64,000 nucleotides of DNA from Azolla caroliniana. Lineage: Eukaryota; Plantae; Polypodiophyta. The position numbers were made by a program, and so were the translations under genes. Every line of letters starts with the position of its first letter. The first letter of the stretch is position 1. Below the pieces are notes generated by a model. The model was not told the origin of the DNA, did no database searches, and saw nothing but the letters and a program-made list of their open reading frames with translations. The stretch lies in contig JBHGNT010000015.1 of NCBI GenBank assembly GCA_043228905.1, forward strand, positions 14,694,001 to 14,758,000, read 5' to 3'. Of the stretch, positions 38,500-50,301 are shown piece after piece.

Positions 38500-39830
38500 T
38501 CCAACTCTATTTCCTTCTGCTGGCTGGAATCCTTCACAAAAATAGGGTTCTTGGCCAACTACACGCTACTGATGTTGTCACAATAAATTGGAATCGGAAT
38601 GGTAACTTCGACCCATAAGTCCTGCAACGATCGTCGAAGCCATATAGCCTCACAAGTTGTGATGGTGGCGCCTCGATACTCAACTTCAGTGCTTTACAAG
38701 GCCAGTATTGGCTACTTCTTGCAACTCCAGGCTACAACTGCGTTCCCAAGAGAGAACATGAAGCCTGATGTTGACCGTCGATCCGTGGCATCTCCGGCCC
38801 AACTGACATCAGTATAGCCGACTAGTTGTTTGGCTATGTCATGCCACTACAAAAGTCCCCGATTCTTCGTGCCGCTTACATATCACAATATTCAATGTCG
38901 CACTGAAGGTATGCGACTATCGATCTCTACATGAACTGACTTATCACACCAACCGGATACTAGCTAAGATCGGGTCGGGCGATGGTTAGATAGATTAGGC
39001 TTCCGACGATTTGTCAGAACCGTTTCTCATCGCAAGCCACTCCCGAGTAAGGACAAAGATTCAGGTTTCTGTCGAGAGGAGTGGAGATGGATCGGCAATC
39101 CGTCATACCGAATATGTATAGCATAATGTGAGTGAGTGAGTGAGCAATATGCCATCAGGGGTGTGGATCACTTTGATCCCGAAGAAGTAATGAAGCTACC
39201 CTAAATCCTTCATCTCGAATGCATCCGACAATTGGGACTTGACTTGGTTAATCTCAGCAAGGTTGGGGCCAGTGATGACCAGGTCCTCCACATACAACAA
39301 TATGCACACTGGACCCTTCGAACCTTTCCGAATGAACAAAGAAGTGTTGGATTTTGATACCTCAAACCCCATCTTTGGCAACCGTTGCGTGATTTTGGAG
39401 TTCCAAACTCAAGGGGCTTGCTTGAGGCCATAAAGCGACTTCCTTAGCCTACATACTTCCCACTTGTTCAACTCCGACTGAAAACAGGGGATTGGACCAT
39501 AAATGCATGTTCTTCAAGGTCGCCTTGAAGAAACACGTTCTTAACGTCCATCTGGTGGAGATGCCACCCCCTTGCCGTTGCGACTGCAAGCATCACATGG
39601 ATTGTCGTCATCTTTGCCACCGATGCGAAGGTCTCATTGTAGTTGATGTTGTGGGTCTACACATATCCTTTGGCCACCAATCGGACCTTGTACCGGTTGA
39701 CCGAACCGTTGACATTGTACTTTATCTTGTACACCCACTTGCAACCGATTGGTTTGCAATGTTGGGGAGGGTCAACCAAGTCCCATGTTTTCTTGGCATC
39801 AAGTGCCTGTATTTATTCCTCCATGGTTGA
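38500..39830 (-). mobile_element. Degraded copia RT/RNase H remnant (RNase H part also duplicated at about 32700-33055)
   Basis: Minus strand: TWDLVDPP, VNRYKVRLVAKGY, ILLYVEDL, FEMKDLG, GYTDVSWAGD. Confidence 0.8.
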
Positions 39831-42800
39831 TATAACAAAGCATTGGAAAGGGAAAAGAGAATTATAGAAAAGGGGTATTCAATCAATAAGAGAAAAGGGT
39901 ATTTTGTATTAATGAGGAAGTATTACATTGGGGCCATTCCCCTAATTTCCAGAAACTAGCTTCCTCTCTCTTGTCATTTCTCTCTCTCTTCCCTCCCCCT
40001 TAAAGTTGAATCCCCTTGGGAGGGGGGTGGAGCCATTCTAGGCACCACCCCCCACCCCACAATGCTTCTCAATGCTTGTTATCTCTCTCACCATCAATCC
40101 CATAACGCACATCATCGTCATCAAACACACCATCTCCCTCACCAATCATCATGACCATTAACCCTAACCCTAAAACGTACAACAATGAAATGTATCATGC
40201 ACCTTGACAGAACTAGGCAATTTTAGCTTGTAAGTAACTCCATTAAAAGTTTGTAGCACTTTATATGGCCTGTAATGACAATGGTTAAATTTAGGTGAGA
40301 GTTGTCTAGGTAAAGGCCAATGAATGGCACTAACGAGGACCAAATCGCCTTTGAAAATTTCGATGTGTTGACGTTTTTTGTTAGCTACCCGAACCATTCT
40401 TTCCTTTGATTGTTGTAATCCTTGTTGTGAAACCCGCATTGTTGCTTGACAATTTGCTAGACAAAGATCGACATCAGGCTCTTTAATTTTATCTCGAATA
40501 GCATGGGAGACCAAAGCCAATAGAGTAAGAACTTGCTTCCTTGTAGCTAATTCAAAAGGAGAAAAACCAGTGGCAGAATGTTTCTAGAAGAGTTATAACA
40601 AAATTCCAGCATATCGATATGATCCACTCAATCTTTTTGATCCACCTGCACATAACAACGAATAAAGTCTTCAAGAATCTGATTTACCCTTTCCTGTTTG
40701 GCCATCAATTTGGGGATGAGCCATGGAAGACATTCGAAGTTGTGTGTTCAACAATTTGAACAGTTCTTGCCAAAATCGACCAGTAAAACACGGATCCCTA
40801 TCTGATATGATAGCCACAGACATGCCATGATATTTAAAGATATGTTTGAAGAACAATTTGGCTACCTAGAGGGCTGTGAGAGGTGGTTTTGTTGGTACAC
40901 AGTGAGCTTGTTTAGAGAAATAGTCGATCACCACCATGATCACATTATAACCTCTTGACAGGGGCAAATCCACTATGAAATCCATGCTCACCACATCCCA
41001 TGGTTGAGCGGGTATTAGCATGGGTTGTAGTAATCCAAATGGTCGTCCATGAGAAATAGTCGATCACCACCATGATCGCATTATAACCTCTTGACACAGG
41101 CAAATCCACTATGAAATCCATACTGACCACATCCCATGGTTGAGCAGGTATTGGCATGGGTTGTAGTAATCCAAATGGTCGTCCACGCCGAGCTTTGACT
41201 TGTTGGCATTTCACACAGGATTGCCCGTAGTATTTTACATCCAAATCCATATGGGGCCAAAAAAAATGTTGTCAGATGTTGGTGAGTGTCCAATGAATAC
41301 CACCATGCCTTGTCATATGTGCTTCTTGCAAAATCAGTGCCTTAATTTCCCTTATATTAGGTACAAACCACTTACCATGTACCATTAATAGACCTTGTTG
41401 CATTTTGAGTGACCCATGGGTCACACATTGCATTGCCATATCGGAAATCAATTGTTGCATGTAAGGATCATGTTGTTGAGTTGTTCGAATGTCTTGTTGC
41501 AAAGAAGAATCAGAGCTTACCAAAATGGTACAAGCATTAGACATTCGACTTAAAGCATCCGGCATAGTATTAAGAGCACCACTTTTATGGTTGATGCAGA
41601 AATCAAATTCTACCAAAAAATCTTGCCAACAAGCTTGTTTACAGGACAACTTCGGCTGCGACTGAAAATACTGCAAGGATATATTATCTGCGAATACTTT
41701 AGTAAATTTATCTTGGACCTAATGACGCCATTTGCGTAAGGCATAGACAATGGCAAACATTTCTTTCTCATGAGTAGGCCACCTAACTTCAATATCTAAA
41801 AATTTCTTGGATTCATAAGCAACCGGATGTCCATCCTATATCAACATTGCACCATAAGCCACATCAGAAGCATCTGTATGGATTTCAAATTATTTAGTAA
41901 AATCTGGTAACTTAAGCACTAGTTGTGAACACACTGCTTCTTTGAGTTTTTCGAAAGCATCTTGTTCTAGTGTTGTCCATTTAAAACCTGTTTTAGCTTT
42001 AGTTAGGTTAGTTAGGGGGGGTGCAATTACACTAAAATGCTTGATGAATTTACGCACATATTGCACGAAACTTATAGATTGTTGGACTCCTACAGTTTTA
42101 GTCAGGATTGTCCATCTTCATACAACATCCACCTTGCTTGTGTCCATGCAAAGGCCACGTTTCCCTACCTGGAAACCTAAGAAGTTAATACCTTGTACTG
42201 CAAACTCACATTTTTCGGGGTTAGCATACAATTTGTTTTCTCGCAGTATATGTAACACCTTCTTATCATGTAACATGTGCTCTTCCAATGTTTTGCTATC
42301 GATGAGCAAATCATCTATGTATAAGATGACAAACTCATCAAGAAAAGCACGAAATAGATCATTGCCCAAGCGGTTAAATGTTCTTGGTGCACCGGTGAGC
42401 CCAAAACTCATAACCAACCATTCATAATTGTCATACCTTGTTCAAAAAGCTGTTTTCTCAATGTCATCTTCAGCAACTCAGATTTGGTGGTATCCCGACC
42501 TCAAGTCGATGCGAGTAAAAATTTGTACCCCCTGCCAATTGATCTAGTAAATCGTCAATGATTGGCAATGGATATTTACCTTTGATTGTTATCTTGTTGA
42601 GTACTCGATAGTCCATGCACATTCGCATTGTTTGGAATCCTTTTTTGCAACAAATATAACGGGTGCCTCGTATGGCGAACTGCTCGGGCAGATAAACCAA
42701 ATGTCTCTAGCTCGATCAATTGCTTCTTCAATTCTGCTAATTGAGTTGCATTCAACTTGTATAGAGCTTTAGCTGGTGGTGTGCTTCCCCATAGTATGTT

Positions 42801-45800
42801 GATTTTGTGATCAATAGCTCTTTAGGGGGTAGTCCAGAGGTAACATGGTTGTTAGCACATCATTAAATTCAGTTATTAGGTGTTGAATTACTGGATTGCC
42901 TTTGTGTCCTTCCAATGTTGTATTTGCTTTCATGGCGGACAATTGTTGTACATAAAAATAATTGTCCTCCTTTTCTAAGTGAACGATTAGCCACTTTGGC
43001 ACTACATAATGCTAAGGGGGGACTGGACTACTCACACGAAATAGATCATTGCCCAAGCAGTTGAATGTTCTTAGTGCATCGCTGAGCCCAAAACTCATAA
43101 CCAACCATTCATAATTGCCATACCTTGTCCGAAAAGTTGTTTTCTCAATGTCATCTTCAACAACTCGGATTTGGTGGTATCCCGACCTCAAGTCGATGCG
43201 AGTAAAAATTTGTGCCCCTGCCAATTGATCTAGTAAATCGTCAATGATTGGCAATGGATATTTACCTTTGATTGTTATCTTGTTGAGTGCTCGATAGTCC
43301 ATGCACATTCGCATTGTTTGGAATCCTTTTTTGCAACAAATATAACGGGTGCCTCGTATGGCGAACTGCTCGGGCGGATAAACCAGATGGTCTCCAGCTC
43401 GATCAATTACTTCTTCAATTCTGCTAATTGAGTTGCATTCAACTTGTATGGAGCTTTAGCTAGTGGTGTGCTTCCCCGTAATATGTTGATTTTATGATCA
43501 ATGGCTCATTAGGGGGTAGTCCAGGAGGTAACATGGTTGTTAGCACATAATTAAAATCAGTTATTAGGTTTTGAATTACTGGATTACCTTTGTGTCCTTC
43601 CAATGTTGTATTTGCTTGATGGCGGACAATTGTTGTACATAAAAATAATTGCCCTCATTTTCTAAGTGAATGATTAGCCACTTTGGCACTACATAATGCT
43701 AAGGGGGTACTGAACTACTCACTTGATTGCACTTGCTTTATTGTTGGGCGATGACGATTTACCACCACCCAATTGTGTCCATCCAAATTGTCCAATAATA
43801 CTTTGTCTATTCTCCTTCCGAAATGCGCAAGAAGCCCAATCCAATCCCAATATGACATAAAATCCTGTCATTGGAACTACTAAAAAATTTACCTTTCCTT
43901 TCCATGCTTTCGCTTCCATAGGAATATCGAACACCAAGAACCCAACATTGGTTGAGCCTTGCACAAAGCTTATGGATATGTCCTTTAATGGCATAGGTTT
44001 CTATCCGAATTTAGTGATGCTCTTAGGAGTGATAAAGTTATGTGTTGCTCCACTATCAATCATGGCATTGCAAGCATCACCATTGATCTTGGCTGCCAAG
44101 TACAAAGGATCAATGTGAGAGACACCCACAACAAAACCAAGGGGTTTTACCTTTGTTGCCCCTGTCGTGACCTCCATTACCCCATCCTCCACCTCATCAA
44201 GAATGTCGAGAGGTTCATAGTTTTTGTTGTCCAATCCCTCATCAAGATCCCTAACATTGGCTTGGGCTACCACGACTTTTGGTGATTTCCTTCAGGGACA
44301 TTCAGATGCTAAGTGTGGACCGCCGCATTCAAAATAGACCCTTCGAAGATTTGGGAGCCTTTCCCCATTTGATGTGGATGCCATGATTTTTTGTGCTCCA
44401 CTACTATCCCCCCAATTATCTTTGGACATAGTAGGTGATCTGTTGAAGACTCTTTTCCCTTCACTACTAAAATCGTGTCTCATAGGGAAGTTGATGGACG
44501 ATTTCATGGCTCGAAATGGTTGTCAAAATCACCAATTCGTTCAGCCAATTGAACTGTCATCTCCAAATTCATCGGTTGTTGCTTTTCAATCTCCATCCTG
44601 ATTTTAGATCTTAAACCAAACAAAAAACCTTGAATTTTAGTCACTTCATGAAAATAAGGAAGCTGAAGCATGAGTTGTCTATACTTGTCGACAAAATTCC
44701 CTCTCCTTACCTTAATTTCCTCCATTCATCCATCAAACAAGTTGTTTCATTTGGTGGGATAAAATATTGCCGCATTAGAGTTGTGAAGGCTTGCCATCCC
44801 ATGAACTGATATGTGTTATCTCCTACAATATACCAATTTAAGGCCGGCCCTTCTAAAAAGTTTGTTGCAGATATGGTCCACTGGTCTTGAGATATACCAC
44901 TTTTTCGAAGAAAGTGTTCTACCTCATGAACCCACCTAATCAAGGCAAGTGATTTTCGTTTACCTGAATACGTCTGTGGTTTGATTGGCACAAACCTTCC
45001 GCCTCCCCCTTCTATGCCCCTATTTGCATTTCTGAGAAGGAGGTCTACTAATATTTCTAATTGATCCATCAGTGGGGCTTGGTTGTGGCCATCATCCATC
45101 TCCACGAATCTTCTAGTTGTCTCTTCTCGTGACTCTAGCCCTTCTACTTCCAACGCTTCATGGAGAGATCCGAATTCTATTCCCGCCATTTCTTCCAAAT
45201 CATGTGAGGTTTGCCCTCTTGGTTGTTCCATTTGGTCACTACCATGCACTAATATTTCTTGTGATTCAAATTCATCCACGATTTCCATATTTCCCCATTG
45301 TTGAAGAGGATGTGGCTCCCTATCCATTCTCCTTCTATTATTCAACATATTTGTAGAAATTTCTTACTTGAGGGTGTGGTTGGTCAAGTAGGTATGTTTT
45401 CGGTCGACTCTTCTTAGCCAATTAGTCGTATTTATTTTGCCTATGATAGGATGTTCATGTTGGCATAAAAGGTCGACTCCTTCCACTTTGTATCCTAGTG
45501 TGAACTCCTCCATATAGTTAGGGCTTAGTATATAAGCGATAACCTAACATTGTAAGATCTTCTTCTTGATTACATATGATATATCGACCCTTTGAGTGAG
45601 AGAGATAGAGAATGTAATAGAGATTCCATTAAAGCTTCAATCTATGTATATCTTTGCTTCTCTTTGTATGTTGTTTTTCTAAGTACGAATTGTGAGACAG
45701 ATCCTCATATGTTTCCGCATACACTGATGCTTCAACTGGTATCAAAGTGATCTGCTACTCAGCGACAACAGACAACAGAAAAGGCTGAAAGAAAAGACTA

Positions 45801-48607
45801 GGTTAGTAAATCTCACTTTTGAAAGAATCATGGCATTAACATCCAGTACACGAGTTGAGATCCGAAAATTCGACAACAAAAACTTTGCCCTATGGAATTA
45901 GATGATGGAGGACGTACTGATTATTCGAAGACAGGTCGAGGCCATTCGACACTCTAAAAATCCTGCTTCAATGTTAGTTGATGAGTGGAGATCATTGGAC
46001 GAAATCGCACTCCACCATTTGAATGCACCTAGCCGAAAATGTCTACTTTAGCATGGCAAAAGAGAAGACAATGTTCTCACTATGTGAGAAACTACAAATC
46101 GTGTACGAGAAGAAGTCCTCATCTTCAAAACTGTTTCTGATCAAACAATTGTTCAACATGAAGATTTGAGAGACCAATCCGGCTACCTCCCACATCATCA
46201 CCTTCAGCCGGGTGTTGTCAGAACTCTCCTCACAAGGGATCAACTTCGAAGAAGAAATGAAAGCCCTTACTCTCTTATCGAGCTTGCCGGTGAGTTGGGA
46301 GGTATTCTGTACGACATACGCCAATAGTCGACCAATCCTAAATCTGGATGAAACGATCGGCCAAGTCCTCACCGAGGACATTTGGCAAAAATCAATGGGA
46401 CTTACCATCGATGAATCAGCAGAAGCACATCACTCGACCAATTGTTCGACCGACAGAGTCGAGTGAAAGAACAAGCTGACAGAACCGGTCGGAATACCAA
46501 CCGATCAAAATTGAGGGGAAACCGACAGCGGTCAAAGTCGAGAACGGGCCGATCATGTGAATTCTGCACACACTGCATGCCGATCTGACTCTGACCCATG
46601 CATGTATATTCGGCAATTGGTCGACGAGTCTAGGATTTATCTGATCCTATATGTGGACGACATGTTGATTGCGGGAAGCAATCAAGCAGAGATCGGAAAG
46701 CTGAAGTCGAGCCTTCATGACAAGTTCGCGATGACGGAACTCGGACAAGCCCATCACATACTAGGCATGAGAATCAAGCGAAATCGGACGACCAAGACTC
46801 TCTGACTCTTCCAATCCGACTATATCCGGAAGGTGCTGAGGCGCTTCGACATACAGAATGCGAAGCCAACACCAACACTGCTTCCGACCTTGATCCGACC
46901 ATCGGACAGAGACTCTCCTTCAACGAACAAGGAGAGAGAGCTTAATGGAAAGATGCCCTATGCATCGGCCGTAGGAAGTATCATGTACGCAATGGTGGCG
47001 ACCCAACCCAATCTAGCCTATGTTGTAGGAGTGGTCAGCCGGTACATGTCAAATTCAGGATGGAAGCATTGGGAGACCGTCAAGCACATCTTCAGGTACC
47101 TGAGAGGGACCGAAGATACACAACTGACTTTTGGTTTGACAACTTTAGCCGAAGTCGAAGGCTACATTGACTCTGACTATGCCGAAAATGCGGACAATCG
47201 GAAGTCAACATCAAGCTATATTTTCACCTATGGTGGCAGTGCGATATCATGGAGGTCGAAGCTTCAAGAGTGCACGGCCATGTCGACCACTGAGGCCAAG
47301 TACATAACAGCATCGGAGGTGGCGAAGGAAGCGATCTAGCTGCATCGACTGTCTGCCGACTTCTCGGCTATAAGCCAAACCGACCAATCTGCGCCAACCA
47401 TCTATTGCGACTCACAGAGCGCAATACACCTCATCAACAATCTTGTCTATCATGCAAAGACAAAGCACATTGAGGTGTGGTATCATCACATTTAGGAGCT
47501 CATAACAGAGAAAAAGCTCGAAGTCCGAAAGATTGACACAGAGGTGAACATCGTCAATTGCCTGACAAAACCACTCCCAGATCAACGATTTGGAGCACTA
47601 AGGACAGAGATGGGACTATAACAAGCAACCAAGCAAGAGAAAAGCCGAACTAATAGCAAAAGGTGAGAGCTAATCAGATCAACCATGACAACACATTCTA
47701 CACCTCTACCGATTCGGCCATATGACGACCAACTTGTAATATAAATTTAGATTAATTTTGTAATCTAGGTTTACGGGGGATATAACCCCAAATACATGTA
47801 CGTGTAGAAAAGAGTAGCCCTTTTACGGGGGATTTTGTTGGCATAAAAGGCCGACTCCTTCCACTTTGTATCCTAGTGTGAACTCATCCATATAGTTAGG
47901 GCTTAGTATATAAGCGATAACCTAACGTATGATATATCGACCCTCTGAGTGAGAGAGATAGAGAACATAATAGAGTTTCCAATAAAGCTTCAATTGTGTA
48001 TATCTTTGCTTCTCTTTCTGTGTTGTTTTTCTGAGTACGAACTGTGAGACAGATCCTCATACGTTTCCGCATACAATGACGCTTCAGTTCACCTCAGTTG
48101 TTGCAGGTGATTGCTTCCTCTAGTGCTTGAGACAAGAAAAATTTGAAAAAGAAAACAGCCACCAATGTAGCCTTCTACTCGATTTCTAGCCACCACTTCC
48201 ACTCTTGGCTGCCACGATTTGAGTTGTTGTTTGCTTCTCTCCTGTGTTGGTTGCTAGATCTTTCCACGCTTCTACACCTTCTCGATGATGCGAAGAACCC
48301 GCTCTGATACCAAGTATAACAAAGCACTGGAAAGAGAAACGAGAATTATAGAAAAGGGGTATTCAATCAATAAGAGAAAAGGGTATTTTGTATTAAAGAG
48401 GAAGTATTACATTGGGGGCATCCCCCTAATTTCCAAAAACTAGCCTCTTCTCTGTGGACACAACATACTTAAATACCCATGGACTCTTTGTTATGTATAC
48501 AAGTGTGAGTGAGGATAAATATGTGTGTGAACACATGCACAATTATGTGCATGTGACAAGAATGTAATGATCTTCTTTTTGTAATGGTCATATTATTAAC
48601 TGTTACA
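39831..48607 (-). mobile_element. Ty3/gypsy element F, degraded; 5' LTR 48607-48315, partial 3' LTR about 39970-39831; two internal tandem duplications and a nested copia
   Basis: PBS TGGTATCAGAGC (48312-48301); gag 45348-44707; protease AMIDSGATHNFI; [29 protein letters not shown]; integrase VSMDFI, HPQIDGQT. Flanks GTTGA and CTATG do not form a TSD. Confidence 0.85.
45458..48086 (+). mobile_element. Internally deleted copia (2.6 kb); LTRs 45458-45734 and 47836-48086
   Basis: TSD GTTCA on both sides; PBS TGGTATCAAAG; gag fragment joined at about 46570 to an RT/RNase H fragment (YVDDML, YASAVGS, TEAKY); protease and integrase absent. Confidence 0.9.
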
Positions 48608-48843
48608 CTATGTACTATATAAACCCCTTATGGGGCATGTAATGAGATATAGAATTTTCCCTCTCATTTTGTGTTTCATTATTTCTCTTTCCCTTTCTCT
48701 TTCACTCCCCCACCCATTAACATTGGCACGCTTGGTGGGGCAGACCTTCCCTTAAGAAGAAGTCTCTCACCCTCCCTCTCCATCACTAATCTCTCTCACT
48801 CTCTCTATGTGTATGTAACCCTTTCCTTTCCTTTTCCTTTCAG

Positions 48844-49150
48844 CTAGAGATCGATATCCTCATCCTCAACTCTACCCTCTTCAATCCCACCCCTTCCCTC
48901 ACTTCCTACAATGCTCTGCACATGAGCAGCAACATCAAGAGCTTCAACCTCGCGGGCATGGGCTGCTCCACCGGCCTCATCTCCATAGGCCTGGCCAAAG
49001 ATCTGTTGAAGACCCACAAGAACTCGTTTGCCTTTGTCATCCGCACCAAGAACATGTATTATGGCAACAACAGAGTGTTCATGGTTTCCAACTACCTCTT
49101 CGGGTGTGCCTATGCAGCCATCTTGGCAACAAAGAAGCCCATTCTGCTCA
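48844..49150 (+). pseudogene. KCS: 3-ketoacyl-CoA synthase (KCS/FAE1 family) internal fragment
   Basis: IDILILNSTLFNPTPSL...IKSFNLAGMGCSTGLISIGLAKDLL...YYGNNRVFMVSNYLF matches the KCS core around the catalytic GMGCS motif; N- and C-termini absent. Confidence 0.85.
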
Positions 49151-49169
49151 TTTCCATTTTCCTAACAAA

Positions 49170-49868
49170 CAACCATCTTGCTTGCACAGGACGCAAGGCA
49201 ATATAAGACTCTGCTCGTTGCCTACTCCCACACCGGAAAATCCTTGTGTGCCGTTTGGGCACCACTTCATTCGCTCCTTCCACATAACTCTAATATCCAT
49301 GGCCGAGTAGATACCGGTGCATCTTGTATGCCCAAGATGCGTAGTTGCTCCTGTCAAGCTTCTCTGTTGGAAGCGAGCTAGCCATTCCTCTGTCCATTTT
49401 TTCTTTTCATCTATTCTTAACTGGGATTTAGGGTTTGTCTGTTTGGAACGCTTGTTGGAAGCAGAGGATTCTCAATCCTCGTGCTCTAATACCATGTAAA
49501 GATTAATATGCGGAAGCTGAAACAGTCACAACCTATTCCGCTGGACAACAAAAGAAAAACAACACAGTGAAGACAATGGAGAGACAAAGAGAGTACACGG
49601 GAGACACAGAGAGAGCAGAAGACTGAAGAAAATTCAATTCAAATTATAACAATTTCTACATACGAATGTGCTCAATGAGCACTTTTATACAAATCCATAA
49701 AGGATGGTTAGAAGTACTAACAGGTACTTCAATGTTCATAAAGCAGCTATTGACACTAACTCCTATTAGACTGGGGACTGGGATCGTAATGTTATGCTAG
49801 CTCACACGGATCCGGCTCACCGATCGATCTTCATCCGATCTGGCCCATATTGAGCTTGCTTCTTAACA
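49170..49868 (-). mobile_element. Truncated copia 5' end (LTR about 49868-49495, PBS, gag start), related to the 50302-56760 element
   Basis: GCTCTAATACCA (PBS on the minus strand) next to an LTR TGTAAAG...CTTAACA; gag start MASSLPTEKLDRSNYASW. Confidence 0.75.
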
Positions 49869-50301
49869 ATGTTGTTACAAGGTGTGCCTTATGTACAGTA
49901 TTGACATTTCAATATATTATGGAGGCTACAATTTAACAATGTTGTTATACCACGTAAGGTTCGCATGGGTGTATGTTCAGTTTGTGCAAGTTTAAAAAGT
50001 ATGGCAAAATGTAGGAAATTTGATGACGAAATAAAAAATTACAAGTTCCCTGTTGAAAGATCATTGTGAGAGTCAAGCATTGGAACATTCTAAAGTTATG
50101 CCAAAGGATATTGGAGATGAATGCCTTGTGTAGATACATTTAGTTGGTTGTTTGTGGTACTCCCAGGAAATAAAGCCACAAGTATACTTAGCCTATCCTA
50201 ATATTCACAATGACCCTAATGTTACAGTCATAGTCATGCAAAGAGTGTTACAATCTTGGCAAAGGATACTCCCACCTATTCTATATCTGTAACTTGACAA
50301 C

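Noticed and set aside
40159-40175. Telomere-like TAACCCTAACCCTAAA at the gypsy F truncation point
   Set aside because: Only two units; telo-box-like motifs are common in plant DNA.
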